A DNA stretch of 46,401 bases from a virus. Lineage: Duplodnaviria; Caudoviricetes. A program made the position numbers and the translations under genes. The notes beneath the pieces were generated by a model. The model had not been told where the DNA came from, did no database searches, and saw nothing but the letters and a program-made list of their open reading frames with translations. Shown piece by piece: positions 9,901 to 18,455 of the stretch (the stretch's first letter is position 1; each line of letters begins with the position of its first letter). The stretch lies in IMG/VR virus record IMGVR_UViG_3300025030_000180, positions 1 through 46,401 of that record. The stretch is one strand, 5' to 3'.

Positions 9901-12900
9901 TGCCCCATGCCAGCAGACGGCTCAAGGACGGTCATACCCAGCCGGATCCCGGCGGCGTCAAGCATGGTCTGCACCGTGCCAGCCGGAGTCGGGAAGAAAT
10001 CAAGGCTGTCATTGCGGCGCCCAACCATGGCGCGTTCGAGCTGCTTTACTTTGCTCGGCCTTTCAGCAGCCTCATTCAGCGCGATAAATTCCCGCAAAGC
10101 AGACCGCAGTTCCGCCGGGGACTCAATGCCCATGGCGGCGAGTCGCGCCCGGTTCTCCTGGACCGACTTCAAATACCATTGCGGCTCTTTCATCTTCCCG
10201 AGAATTTCCTCGACAAAATCAGCCCGCAGCGTAATTCTCTTGTCCTCTGCGCCCGGCCAGATCCCGCGCTCCTTGGCCAGCTCAGGCCCCATGATCACAC
10301 GGTGCTTACCGCGCCCTTCCTGGAAGGATACCGCTTTGCCTTTGTAACCTGACCGCGCTATGGCCGCTTCTGCCGCTTTCTGTGTGGGGAATACTGGAGG
10401 CTTGCCGCTGGCTGTAAAGCTGGACAACTGCGCCAGATGGTCTTTAGCAAACGCTTTGTACTCGTCGGTCACGTCGTTGGCCACCTTAAGCAGCCGCTCG
10501 CCAATCAGCTTGGAGCCATCGATAGCGGATAGTTCCCGGCCTATCCTCGCCCAGGTGGACGTAAAGGTGGTGTACTTTGGGAACTCCGCTTTATCGACTG
10601 TCTCATTGGTGTATGGGTCGTAACGGTGCTTTTCGTAGTCGGAGTATTGCGGGTATTCGGCGTACCGTGCGTCATATAGGAACTTTTGCAGCAGCTCAAT
10701 GTGGACTTTGGCGCGGACCTTATCAAGGAATACCGCCGATCCATCTTTTATGGCGGCGGCAATGTTGCGCATCGTCTTTGCCAGGGCAACGTCAGCACTG
10801 GCAGACGCCTCGGCGCTCGCGGCCTGCGCGGCCCGGCGGCTGGTATTCGCTTTACGATCCTGAGACAACGACGCCTGCGCTTTCGCTTCCAGGGCGTCAG
10901 CCATGGCCGCCAGACGTTCAGCTCCGGTCTGTTCCTTCGCGGCTCCACGCTCCTCCACGGCAGCGGTGGCCGCTTCGGTGTCACCGGTCATGAACTTCTG
11001 GAACGCCTCGGCAGCGGCGCGCGTCTTGAACTGGAATCCCGGCACAGCCCCGGCGCCACGAAATGACGAGTAGTGGCCGCCCATCCGCTTGGCCGCCGTG
11101 TTCCAAGCGTTGTAAGCATCACGAGCCACACGCTCGGCTGGCTTGACGACGAACAGCGGCTCCCCGGTCTTGGTGTGCTTTGTCTCGATGACTTCGCCGG
11201 TGGTCGTAACGGACGCGGCGACGACGGGGGGTTTCTCTGCTCTCTTGCCCCTGGACTCCTCAGCCTCCAGACGGTCCCATTCCGCAAGCTGGTCAGAACT
11301 TAGCTCCTCAAAAATATCATTATTGCTTTTGCCTCCTTGACGTTTCAACTCAGCCATGCGCCTAAAGTCCACAAGCGTCTTAGGATTCTTTACGCCCTCA
11401 AGCATCTCGGCCCGTTCGGCTCGTCGCGCTTTAAATTTCTCGGCGTAAGCGTCGAGGTTGGCCTGCGTCAGACCTGCGACTATGGCGTCAATGGCCTTGA
11501 TACGTGCGTCAGGTCCAATCCCTGAGTATGAAAACATTCCAGAATTATTGAGATACGCAAAGGATGTCTCAAGGTCATTCGCCACGGACCGCACGTATTC
11601 AGCTTTATTATCTGCACGGTTGTAGCCGCTTGACAGCTTTTTCAACTCTGCGACGGTCTTCTTCCGCAACTCATCTTCAAGCGCTGGACGCGACGCCCGG
11701 ACTCTGGAGTAAGCCTCTTGGACTTGCGGAACCGTAGCCTCACCTTTCATGAGGAGCTTTACGAGGGATTCATGGTCTGCCAGGGTATACGGTGCCGTCC
11801 CGCTTATTTCCTGGACCCCGGCTGCCGGCTTTTCTTCTTTACTCACCGCATCAAGCCGTTCTTTCGCCTGCTGGACAAGGGCGAGCTTCAGGGCATTCTC
11901 TGGGTCTCTTGCCAGCATGTCCCGTGCGTTTTCGAGTTCTCGCTGCCGGGTTGTGACGGTGAGCGAGGCTTGCGGCTCAACTCTTGCTGCTTCTGGTACA
12001 ATGTCCCCAGAAGGCGGCACATTTCTTCCCGGTTTATCGGGTTCTTCGGTTCGCCCACGTTGCACCTCCTGTTTGGTATCCGAAATACTTTGGGTTTGTA
12101 GCCCCGCGCCGGTCGTCACCGGCTCCGATTTGCGGTCGGCTTGCGCCGGTCCTGTGGGGTGCTCTTGTTGTACAGGGGCCACCTCAGCCACCGGCGCTTG
12201 CTCAGTAGGCTGTACAGTCTGCGGCCCCTCTGGTTTCAACAGCCCTTCTTGGTTCCTTTCTTCATTGGTTTTCTCCTGTTGAGGTTTAAGTATCGCGTCA
12301 ACGGCCTGCTCGGTACGCAAGCCGTCAGCGGCTTTCAATGCGTCTCCGTTTGCCCGTGCTTTTGCTTCAAGTTCTGCCGCCTTGCTATGGTTGCCCTTGG
12401 TTCTCAAAGCCGTGGCGATGTCCATGGGCTGCTTCACGGCATCCCTGACGATATGATCCGCCTGTTCTGCTTCACCGGTGACCCCCATCTGGTTCAGCGT
12501 GGCTATTTGCTCAGGTTTGCCTATTGCGTTGGCGAGCCTTACCGCCGTGCTGAACAAATCAGGATATTCAGCGAGAACGTGTGGTGGAACTGGCTTACCC
12601 TCTTCAAGGGCTTGCTTGACGATCCCCCACTTGTGGGCCGCCATTGCTTTCGCGCGATCTTCCGCCCGCCACTTTAAATTTTGCTTGGACCCTATGTACT
12701 TTTCGTAAGGAGACTGCCCATGTTGATCCGCTCCAACCCATTCCGCACTCGTCATTTCCCACGGCTGTTTTACCGCCACACCCTCTCCGGGCTGTTCCGC
12801 AGGCCGAGCCGAACCGCCGCCGCCAGGCTCTTGACCGGCGGCTCCTCGCGGCCCAACCACAGCACCCTGACCACCCACATCCCCAACCGGCGCTCTATCG

Positions 12901-15296
12901 CTACCGGCAATGTTCGTGCCTTCACCCTTCTTTACTCCTTGCGCTCGGATAGGCTCGAACGGGTCCACCTCAACCCGGACGCCATCCTGAAAAATGTAAT
13001 TGCCATCTTCGGTGCCTTTCAACTCGTATTCGTCAACTGGGTGATCACCGATGCTGCCGTAAACCTTGTCGCCCTTCTCAAGCTGGCCGGCCACCATATT
13101 CTGAGGGTTGCCGAGTGAATCAATCTTCGGCTCGAATCCCTTCCTCACCATTTCGTCAACGCCGCTGAACCGGTCGCCGGCCTGGTCCTCGCTGGTTTCG
13201 TATTTCTGCCGGAGTGCGGCCATGGACGGTGACGCCTTCAACTGCTCCACCATGTCGTCAAGGCCGGAGAAACCGTTGTCAATGGCGAACTCATCCGGCG
13301 CGGCTTTGCTCTTGCCGCTGAACATGCCGGGGTATTTTTTCAGGAGCATGTTTACCGTGTCAGCGTCATAATCTTGACGCAAGGCGGCAAGGCTCAACGG
13401 GCGCTTCTTCGCGGACTGGACGGCGGCGAAAAGCGGATTCGAGCGGACAACGGCCTCTTTCTCGGCCTTGATGCTTTCGGCGGTGCGCTTCTGCTCGATG
13501 ACGCCTGGGATACCGGCCTTCTTTGTGCGGATCTGGTAGCCGCCCCCAGGGGCTGGGTAGACTTCATACTCGTCAGCCTTGAGCGTTCCTTTTACGCCGC
13601 GCTGTCGCAATGACTCAGCCGCCCCGGCCTGCGTCTTGAATGCCCTACCGATAATCACCTCTGGATTCTGCGCCACTCCGGCGGTGTACGGTTCGGTCGG
13701 CGAGACCCCGGAGCCCGGCGCTTTTCTGATCACCGTCGCTGGCGCCGGGTCCGCCATCGTGAAACCACGCTCCGGCATCGGCAGGAGCGGTGGTGTTGCG
13801 GCCATGCCCTGAATACGCTGGACGTTCTGGCTGAACTGATCGTTCCGGGAGGTAGTCGCCGCCGCGATGTTTTCGTTCTGCGCGGCAAAGTCGGTCATGA
13901 GCCCTTCACCGTACCGCTGAATCGATTCCCGTTCTCTTTCGGCTGTCTGAGCAGCAAGCCTTTCCCTGTCCGCCACGAATCCAGCGGCCAGGTCTTCACC
14001 ATGCTTCTTGATGGCAAGCGGGTTGCCTACGGACTGCTGGAATGCGGCAATGGCCTCGTCGGTAGTCTTGGCCGTTGATATGCCCTCGTACCCATGCGTA
14101 GCGAGGAGCGAACTCACCTCGTCAGCCGTCACCCCAGCGGCCAGTATCTGCGGGAGGAGCGCATGCACTTCTTCCGGAGTGACGGCCCCGTCGGTAAGTT
14201 TGGTTTTGATCTGGGAAAGAAGGTCGGGCGGCGCTGGAGCCTCGGCGGGAGATAAGGCTGAATTAATTTTACCGGCAGCGTAAGCCCCGCTGCCTGTTAT
14301 TCCACCCATCAATAAGACTGCCGGGGCTACTTCCCTCACAGACTTCAACTGATCTTGCATGGAGGTCCATGACCTGCGCTCGCTCTCAGGCTGCATGCCG
14401 AGATCGACCTCAACGTTTTTGCCCCCGGTTTGCGTTACCGCTTCAGAGCCAAGCTCGAACCCGACAAGGCCAACGAAAGACTTCAAGGCCTTGGTGGTCA
14501 ACCCGCCACCTTTAAATATCTTCCCCATCAAGCCTAATTCAATCGCGTTGGCAATACCTTCCGGGCCAGCTTCCCAAAGTCCGTGCTCCCTCAAAGCATC
14601 CGCCACCTTTCCAGGCTCTAGGGCGGCGAACTCTTCGTCAGTGATGGTGCGGCCTTCCTTCTTGGATAGAGACCTCCTGTATTGACGGATGAAATTGTTT
14701 TTATCCATCCGGTAAGACGCGCCGCCTGATGCGGCGGCACTGCCCATGAATCCGAGAACACCACCTGCCAAGTTCCCGACCAATGGCACTTCTGATCCCA
14801 ACAGAGCCCCTGCGACAGTAGCGGCGACCCTTGGAGCTACGCCAGCCGCCATTGCAGCCCCGGAATAGCCCAGGCTTCCCATTCCACTTCGTATCTCTTG
14901 TCGAGTTACAGTAGTTCCTGGGACTGCTATTTCACTTGCCCCCGGAGCTTCATCAATCGTTGATTGCTCTGCCTGTCTGCCTTCGATAAACTGGTCTGCC
15001 CACCCATCCGACCTCATAGGATCGTCGAAAATAGAAGCGACAGAAGAAGCCACGTCCCCAGGGACTCGCAGCAAGCCTCTCCCTACATCCCCAACGGCCC
15101 CCATAACATTTGTCTTTGAGGGAGGATTCGCTACCGCCCACAAGTCATCAAGCACAAGGGATTGCTTGACGGGATCAAGACTCGAAAACCGGACATCACT
15201 CGACGCCATCGTCTTGACGACATCATTGAATACGAGCTTCTTTTTATCTTCAGGTAATCCTACGAAACGAGGGTCGTTAACGAAGGTTAAATTCAT
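3906..15296 (-). CDS. Giant polyvalent (DarB-like/LPD) internal virion protein: DNA methyltransferase, ART-like domains, HExxH metallopeptidase, LPD38-like C-terminus
   Basis: 3796 aa; MTase motifs DFFPTP, VLEPSAGMG, IVMNPPF; AWHGSPH..IGTGEGAQAYGHGLY and MYHGT..FFFTS..VYPVFL ART-like modules; LAHEAIH; C-terminal FANAGIQG..KIPMPYG..VAENKAW; located among ejection-protein genes. Confidence 0.8.
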   Translation of the reverse strand: MNLTFVNDPRFVGLPEDKKKLVFNDVVKTMASSDVRFSSLDPVKQSLVLDDLWAVANPPSKTNVMGAVGDVGRGLLRVPGDVASSVASIFDDPMRSDGWADQFIEGRQAEQSTIDEAPGASEIAVPGTTVTRQEIRSGMGSLGYSGAAMAAGVAPRVAATVAGALLGSEVPLVGNLAGGVLGFMGSAAASGGASYRMDKNNFIRQYRRSLSKKEGRTITDEEFAALEPGKVADALREHGLWEAGPEGIANAIELGLMGKIFKGGGLTTKALKSFVGLVGFELGSEAVTQTGGKNVEVDLGMQPESERRSWTSMQDQLKSVREVAPAVLLMGGITGSGAYAAGKINSALSPAEAPAPPDLLSQIKTKLTDGAVTPEEVHALLPQILAAGVTADEVSSLLATHGYEGISTAKTTDEAIAAFQQSVGNPLAIKKHGEDLAAGFVADRERLAAQTAERERESIQRYGEGLMTDFAAQNENIAAATTSRNDQFSQNVQRIQGMAATPPLLPMPERGFTMADPAPATVIRKAPGSGVSPTEPYTAGVAQNPEVIIGRAFKTQAGAAESLRQRGVKGTLKADEYEVYPAPGGGYQIRTKKAGIPGVIEQKRTAESIKAEKEAVVRSNPLFAAVQSAKKRPLSLAALRQDYDADTVNMLLKKYPGMFSGKSKAAPDEFAIDNGFSGLDDMVEQLKASPSMAALRQKYETSEDQAGDRFSGVDEMVRKGFEPKIDSLGNPQNMVAGQLEKGDKVYGSIGDHPVDEYELKGTEDGNYIFQDGVRVEVDPFEPIRAQGVKKGEGTNIAGSDRAPVGDVGGQGAVVGPRGAAGQEPGGGGSARPAEQPGEGVAVKQPWEMTSAEWVGADQHGQSPYEKYIGSKQNLKWRAEDRAKAMAAHKWGIVKQALEEGKPVPPHVLAEYPDLFSTAVRLANAIGKPEQIATLNQMGVTGEAEQADHIVRDAVKQPMDIATALRTKGNHSKAAELEAKARANGDALKAADGLRTEQAVDAILKPQQEKTNEERNQEGLLKPEGPQTVQPTEQAPVAEVAPVQQEHPTGPAQADRKSEPVTTGAGLQTQSISDTKQEVQRGRTEEPDKPGRNVPPSGDIVPEAARVEPQASLTVTTRQRELENARDMLARDPENALKLALVQQAKERLDAVSKEEKPAAGVQEISGTAPYTLADHESLVKLLMKGEATVPQVQEAYSRVRASRPALEDELRKKTVAELKKLSSGYNRADNKAEYVRSVANDLETSFAYLNNSGMFSYSGIGPDARIKAIDAIVAGLTQANLDAYAEKFKARRAERAEMLEGVKNPKTLVDFRRMAELKRQGGKSNNDIFEELSSDQLAEWDRLEAEESRGKRAEKPPVVAASVTTTGEVIETKHTKTGEPLFVVKPAERVARDAYNAWNTAAKRMGGHYSSFRGAGAVPGFQFKTRAAAEAFQKFMTGDTEAATAAVEERGAAKEQTGAERLAAMADALEAKAQASLSQDRKANTSRRAAQAASAEASASADVALAKTMRNIAAAIKDGSAVFLDKVRAKVHIELLQKFLYDARYAEYPQYSDYEKHRYDPYTNETVDKAEFPKYTTFTSTWARIGRELSAIDGSKLIGERLLKVANDVTDEYKAFAKDHLAQLSSFTASGKPPVFPTQKAAEAAIARSGYKGKAVSFQEGRGKHRVIMGPELAKERGIWPGAEDKRITLRADFVEEILGKMKEPQWYLKSVQENRARLAAMGIESPAELRSALREFIALNEAAERPSKVKQLERAMVGRRNDSLDFFPTPAGTVQTMLDAAGIRLGMTVLEPSAGMGHIAEQIREAGVEPDVAEMASDRRELLDAKGFNVVGQDFMDVGKTGTSPLQEELDALLKKRDSIREKQMARFHNGSATRARTTTGNADADRVNEQIISLREQIKSEDKVVPSQYDRIVMNPPFSNRRDAEHVQHAYTLLKPGGKIVALMGEGVFFGQDKKAVAFREWLESVGGTSEKLEGDTFQDPSLPVTTGANARMVVIDKSGGSEKSKPAESLFSKSTTPSTNRTVAQVTAESREYLGVGHDNMVKAGKLVVVVDESGLPDGVRQDGLFMTAWHGSPHRFDKFSTEKIGTGEGAQAYGHGLYMASSRAVAEFYRKSLTDNRPNFNGRDVVFSGTKASLDNAAASIIDRMYEDGESFESAKENEIKKLLSFRAWGEKNNPGKVNAAYFDAMVEYLSQIQKDQISIEIGALYEVELEPKEDEYLLWDKPLSEQSENVRFALAANSDFAQGEISQTHRGSYLYRYIADGLDSDKAASEYLHSLGIRGIKYLDGTSRGKGEGNYNYVIFSDDDISIKALYSRSGSVVGAYHNGKIYLVADRLRAGDTRYVLAHEAIHLLSREDSGFMKLFGKIKADFEAARATDKSVQAAFARVPANTPAEVRTEEAIGYHSQEPSNHTSPWYRRLWTAIKLWMRRVGLPVGRFTPDEIIAAVTGRFKRFAENVGAEERAAMGDAVAAFSKQFGITVAEAQSQYDAVVEKFKDIKAGTKLGSGWVFHNTKSKDLELIKKEGLGGGSFVEKPGFDFGGDVWLAVRESDLRNVQRGQYGAMVSLEPQWGPGIGGDGFHEIPASRVYRVDKKGRVISRLGDSQWMKAPNGQPTKLNERQWVQTRTEAFKEWFGDSRVVDANGEPLVMYHGTQADFNEFSDDYSGSGTLGADTEGTFFFTSKPGVADDFAGRSVGASVYPVFLKVENPTVWDMSGGAYREGFLKETISEAKKEGSDSVVFTHMADGSISTVGPWKVSHIVAIFSPDQIKSAIGNTGQFSPFTDDIRYSKAEIAAAAKAPLFSKESDPILAALLAGDIAGAARLNSTAEYHEATGATPRPMGILQNAPELYEQVGTYLWDKDIAIERVQREVGPQPVTRDYALLRGLVGTKTASEIEVFDRDVLKPLLKFLADNKITIPDLERLAWAQHAPERNLQMRRVNARQYIDALVAQMTEKEQGPYAKRLFDVNTEFVMDQQTLNERRDNYVGMMDEISEKEIRTQRQQAAEIDADQDALDVRDDIEDKTRQYHQDRIDNKRDRLAARVKVAEKWNDVKGRLSGMTDEQAAEVVASHKAGSPIFEATRRLRAINEQALETNFEAGEITEDEYRAISGTYEFHVPLYREDMEDNRQPTGKPGTGPLASPIKMASGSTKGVVDIFAHVIDRYQAAISRKYNLEAGRALYEMVKENPDESKWSIVEREKKPYRDKEGNVRYYQDMSLSLSENETKVKVDGKVYIVSVPKDNKPMLRWMAAINYKANDLGPITRASRYAVRIMAALNTVAAPEFLMSNFIKDLQTATIHLTATEAKNMKWAIVKSLPTVIRGIYQAEHGDYSSEMAQWHRDYSEHGGKISWRSGYENVQELAKELQKELETQEGKHPARATWRKYTEIIGKASISVENGVRLATYKALVEAGVEKNKAAQTAKGLTVDFTKHGTVGPFLNSIVMFANAGIQGNVTMIKNLVKSPTVRKIAGGIVGLGALTNVLGVMMGGDDDDGESYYDKLKHEKPSLFERNMIFMIPGSKGDYFKIPMPYGYNVFFVLGNEMASAWRGNDKTEAAVNFATALAGTFNPIQAATVAQTFTPTLMRPVVQVAENKAWHGGDLMPATNPFDPKPDSERYFKSVNPIIKAGVQGLNRLTGGDKFEKGAIDVSPETVEMLVETVTGSAGRFAKDIFSLPVAMFSENGLPAEKTPFIRKMYGANSSYGDSKLYREKSEKVELLLKRFKDADPAGKREIIRDPLYRLAGAYRQTDKQVSLLNKTLKLAQKKNDKAREERIAQKIAEVKKKYVTEYNKLSR

Positions 15297-15301
15297 GTGG
15301 A

Positions 15302-16426
15302 CTACTCCGAATAATATTTTTGTCTCGCTTCCGTATTTACCTTGTCAAGAAATGCTTTGCGCTGATTCTCTGCCGCTCCGGCCCACCATGCCGAGAACTC
15401 TGCTGACTTGCCCATCAAGAACTTAGCGGCCTCAATGGGGGACATGCCGTAAGCCATTTTTGCCACATTCTCATTGACGAAATCACCGACACCAGGGACG
15501 GCTCCAGCAACGGCTTTGGTCGCGGAGACTCCACTTTTGACGGCACCGCCAAGGACTGTACCGAGATTCATGCTGCCGGACAAAATACCTTTGCCTTCTG
15601 CCGTCGGTTCTGGGGATGAAGGCGCGGGGGTTGAGCCTTGCGAGTCTGAAGGTTCTGCCGCCTTCTCCGGCTGTCCTGAAGTCACCTTCTCGATACTTAT
15701 CCCGAGCAGATCGACATTGCCATCCTGTGGGTTCGGCGCGCCTGGCTGGGGCTGCGTGCCAGGCGACCCACTTGCTTCCGAGAACTCGCCGCCCGGTGGA
15801 GTGGTGGGGTATCCTGCCGCCCTTAACTGCTTGGTCACATAGTTGGCCCGAGCCACTTGGTCAGTGCTTTCCGGGTTGGCACTGACCCATTTCTTGTCAT
15901 ACCAATCAGCGGCTTCACTCCATTGCTTGAATCCTATGCCAGTTTTCCCTTTGGCTTTCTCCTGCTTTTCTTTCAAGGCCAATTCGCCCTGGTTGACCCC
16001 GAGCATGCCGGCCTGATACGCCCCGGTCGCTTCGTTTTGCGCCTTATCGTTGGCGGCTTTTTCCGCTTCGAGGCTAAACTTGGTTTTTGCCTTGGCCTGT
16101 TCTTCTGGAGGCAACTTTTTCAACTCTCCCCAGGTTATAGTCCGGCCAGAAGAATCAATGCCAACCGGCTCCCTGTCTTTCATGGCGATATCCGCCGCAG
16201 TCTTCCGGCCTTCTCCGGCGATCTTGAACGCCTCTTGCCGATTATCTGAAGCGATATTCTCATCAATACGCAATTTGCTCTGGAATCTGGCGAGGTTCTG
16301 CGCCCGGATATCCTCAAGCAACATATTGTTACCGGACATAGCCGTCTTGAATTCGTTGTCCTTGCCGACACCGTAACCCTGCGCCGCGCCACCGATTGCA
16401 CCAAGAATCCCACGGGATAAGTTCAT
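15302..16426 (-). CDS. Putative internal virion/DNA ejection protein
   Basis: GILGAIGGAAQGY N-terminus, coiled-coil and low-complexity regions; directly upstream of the giant protein. Confidence 0.55.
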   Translation of the reverse strand: MNLSRGILGAIGGAAQGYGVGKDNEFKTAMSGNNMLLEDIRAQNLARFQSKLRIDENIASDNRQEAFKIAGEGRKTAADIAMKDREPVGIDSSGRTITWGELKKLPPEEQAKAKTKFSLEAEKAANDKAQNEATGAYQAGMLGVNQGELALKEKQEKAKGKTGIGFKQWSEAADWYDKKWVSANPESTDQVARANYVTKQLRAAGYPTTPPGGEFSEASGSPGTQPQPGAPNPQDGNVDLLGISIEKVTSGQPEKAAEPSDSQGSTPAPSSPEPTAEGKGILSGSMNLGTVLGGAVKSGVSATKAVAGAVPGVGDFVNENVAKMAYGMSPIEAAKFLMGKSAEFSAWWAGAAENQRKAFLDKVNTEARQKYYSE

Positions 16427-16456
16427 TGATTAATCCTTGTTTTGATAAAATAGATA

Positions 16457-16708
16457 CTATCTTTTGCAGCACAGAAATTCTATCCCTGTGTAGGGGGCGC
16501 ATCCATCATTGAACGAAAACCACCGCCACCCTTTTACGGCAGCGTTATACTTATTTTTTATTACTCTTTTGGCTGAGAGCGCTAACCGCACGGCGTGACG
16601 CCTCGCCTTATGACTATCAGGCGACTTCATCATAACAGTAAAAAGCATTTCAAAACCTTCAGATTCTGCGTCGGCCATCATTGTGTCAATCTTGCTTTTC
16701 CGGCTCAT
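16457..16708 (-). CDS. Hypothetical protein (AT-rich, moron-like)
   Basis: GAGGA RBS; visibly AT-richer than the flanking virion genes. Confidence 0.55.
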   Translation of the reverse strand: MSRKSKIDTMMADAESEGFEMLFTVMMKSPDSHKARRHAVRLALSAKRVIKNKYNAAVKGWRWFSFNDGCAPYTGIEFLCCKR

Positions 16709-16729
16709 ATCGTCCTCTCATAAGTTTTT

Positions 16730-17341
16730 TTATCTCTGCGCTCCTGCGATTATGCCGCCAGGTTGTTGCGGCTGTGCTGGTTGCTGTTGCCCCGGCTGAC
16801 CCTGCATCTTTTGCCCAAGGCCGGTCTTGTTGGCGGCATCCTCAGCGACTTTAAGCATTTCCTGTGGGTCGTACTTGCCGGACTTGATGCCTTTGTCAAC
16901 CTGGTCGGCCATGACCTCAGAGAACGCCTGCATAAGTTCCTGCTCTCCGTACTGCCCGACCTTCGCGGCCATGCCAATTTCTGCCAGTTGGTTGAGCAGG
17001 GCGAACCCGGCAATGAACCTTACCATATCCGGCATGTCACGTCCAGAAGCAGAAGCACTCTGGTCAAGTTTTTCTATGATTGGAATGAGCGTCTGGGCAA
17101 GGCCGACCTTGCCCAGCGTGTCGAGAACCACATCTCTGGTTTTCGTGCTGTGAATCAGCTTCATGCCGTTGGCGAGATATTCGTTCAGTGCTGGCATTTG
17201 CTCAGGGGTCATCCCCATCTGTTGCAGAACTTCAGGGGGTGGCGGCATGCCGGGATCTTGCTGCGTCTCTCCGCCACCCGGACCGGCCTTGTCCTGGACT
17301 TGTCCGGCTTCTGGCATTTCTTTTTCAAGTATTCCCTTCAT
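16730..17341 (-). CDS. Hypothetical virion-associated protein
   Basis: GGAGG RBS, ATGA overlap with upstream gene, Gln/Pro/Gly-rich termini. Confidence 0.65.
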   Translation of the reverse strand: MKGILEKEMPEAGQVQDKAGPGGGETQQDPGMPPPPEVLQQMGMTPEQMPALNEYLANGMKLIHSTKTRDVVLDTLGKVGLAQTLIPIIEKLDQSASASGRDMPDMVRFIAGFALLNQLAEIGMAAKVGQYGEQELMQAFSEVMADQVDKGIKSGKYDPQEMLKVAEDAANKTGLGQKMQGQPGQQQPAQPQQPGGIIAGAQR

Positions 17342-18096
17342 GCGGCACCTCCGACCTTGCTGTATTTTGCGTTGTTGGCGTAAAGCGCTTCGAGGAACGG
17401 GTTGCGTGAGATCGTTGGCGCCTTGACGGCGGTAGTCGGCATAGCCATCTTGATCTTTCCGGCCTCATCGCGTCGGATGGCCTCATCGGTCTGCGTCTCT
17501 GCAAGTTCGGCCTGGTCTGGGGCCATGGCTGCTTCTGCCGCTTTGCTGATTCCCATTCCCCACATCGTGGCTTTTGTGGCATTACTGGCCAGCTTTGCAT
17601 TTGAGGCCAAGATTGCCGCCGTGTCCGCGCTTACACCGCTACTGACCAGGCCGCCAGCTCCGGAACCGACGCCAGCCAAGCCCGGACTTGCATTTGAAAT
17701 TATGCCCATCCCTGTGCTGGGAGAAACCGCCCCCGTCAACATCGCTTGCGCTGGCGTAAGGCCCCCGGCAGCCCCAGCCCCCGGAATCATTGAGCCGCCA
17801 GAAGCCAAAGAGGAGGCCGAGGCGTTTGTCGTGGTAGCGGCGGCGGCGTTCGCAGCAGTCCCGGCAGAATAACCAGCAAACCCGCCAGCAACCGCGCCAG
17901 TCAAGGCACCCATCAAGGCCCCCTTCTTGATGTCTCCGCCGGTAATCGCCGCCATGGCACCACCGGCTACCGCGCCAATGACCGCGCCACTAACCGCCGT
18001 AGATACCACGGCAAAGGCAGTTGTTCCAGCCGCCAATCCGACACCACCGGCAACCGCCGTCCCTATCCACGCTACTGCTGCTGCAACTGGAGGCAT
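17338..18096 (-). CDS. Ala/Gly-rich DNA ejection/transfer protein
   Basis: AAGGAG RBS before MPPVAAAV; glycine-zipper hydrophobic N-terminus typical of podovirus ejection (P22 gp7-like) proteins. Confidence 0.6.
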   Translation of the reverse strand: MPPVAAAVAWIGTAVAGGVGLAAGTTAFAVVSTAVSGAVIGAVAGGAMAAITGGDIKKGALMGALTGAVAGGFAGYSAGTAANAAAATTTNASASSLASGGSMIPGAGAAGGLTPAQAMLTGAVSPSTGMGIISNASPGLAGVGSGAGGLVSSGVSADTAAILASNAKLASNATKATMWGMGISKAAEAAMAPDQAELAETQTDEAIRRDEAGKIKMAMPTTAVKAPTISRNPFLEALYANNAKYSKVGGAA

Positions 18097-18455
18097 GATT
18101 CTCTCCTTAAAATGTATTTTTGATCTTGCTTCTCTGCGCCGACAAGCCCGACCAATCGCCGAGCCCACCGCGCAACGGAAGGATTATCCGGAACCCAAGA
18201 AAGAACTTCACAGTTTTCGTTTCTAAACATCCATAACCCGGCTTCAATCACGGAGCCAATATCCCCATGGACATGAACATCCCACTGCGCCGGGCCGGTT
18301 CGCTGGCAGAACACCAGCTTGTCTTCCGCCGGCAGTAAAATGCGGCAATCAGGAGACTGAAGAACATGAGCAAAAGCCAACCACGGATCTGAATTTAAAG
18401 GTGGACTTAAAATTTCAATCACCTGGTTTATGTCCCTGAGCCCGGCGACTCTCAT
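18072..18455 (-). CDS. Putative GNAT-fold/DUF2824-like head-completion protein (P22 gp14-like)
   Basis: WDVHVH, WMFRN and SWVPDNPSVARWARRLVG motifs; position just upstream of ejection genes. Confidence 0.5.
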   Translation of the reverse strand: MRVAGLRDINQVIEILSPPLNSDPWLAFAHVLQSPDCRILLPAEDKLVFCQRTGPAQWDVHVHGDIGSVIEAGLWMFRNENCEVLSWVPDNPSVARWARRLVGLVGAEKQDQKYILRRESCLQLQQQ

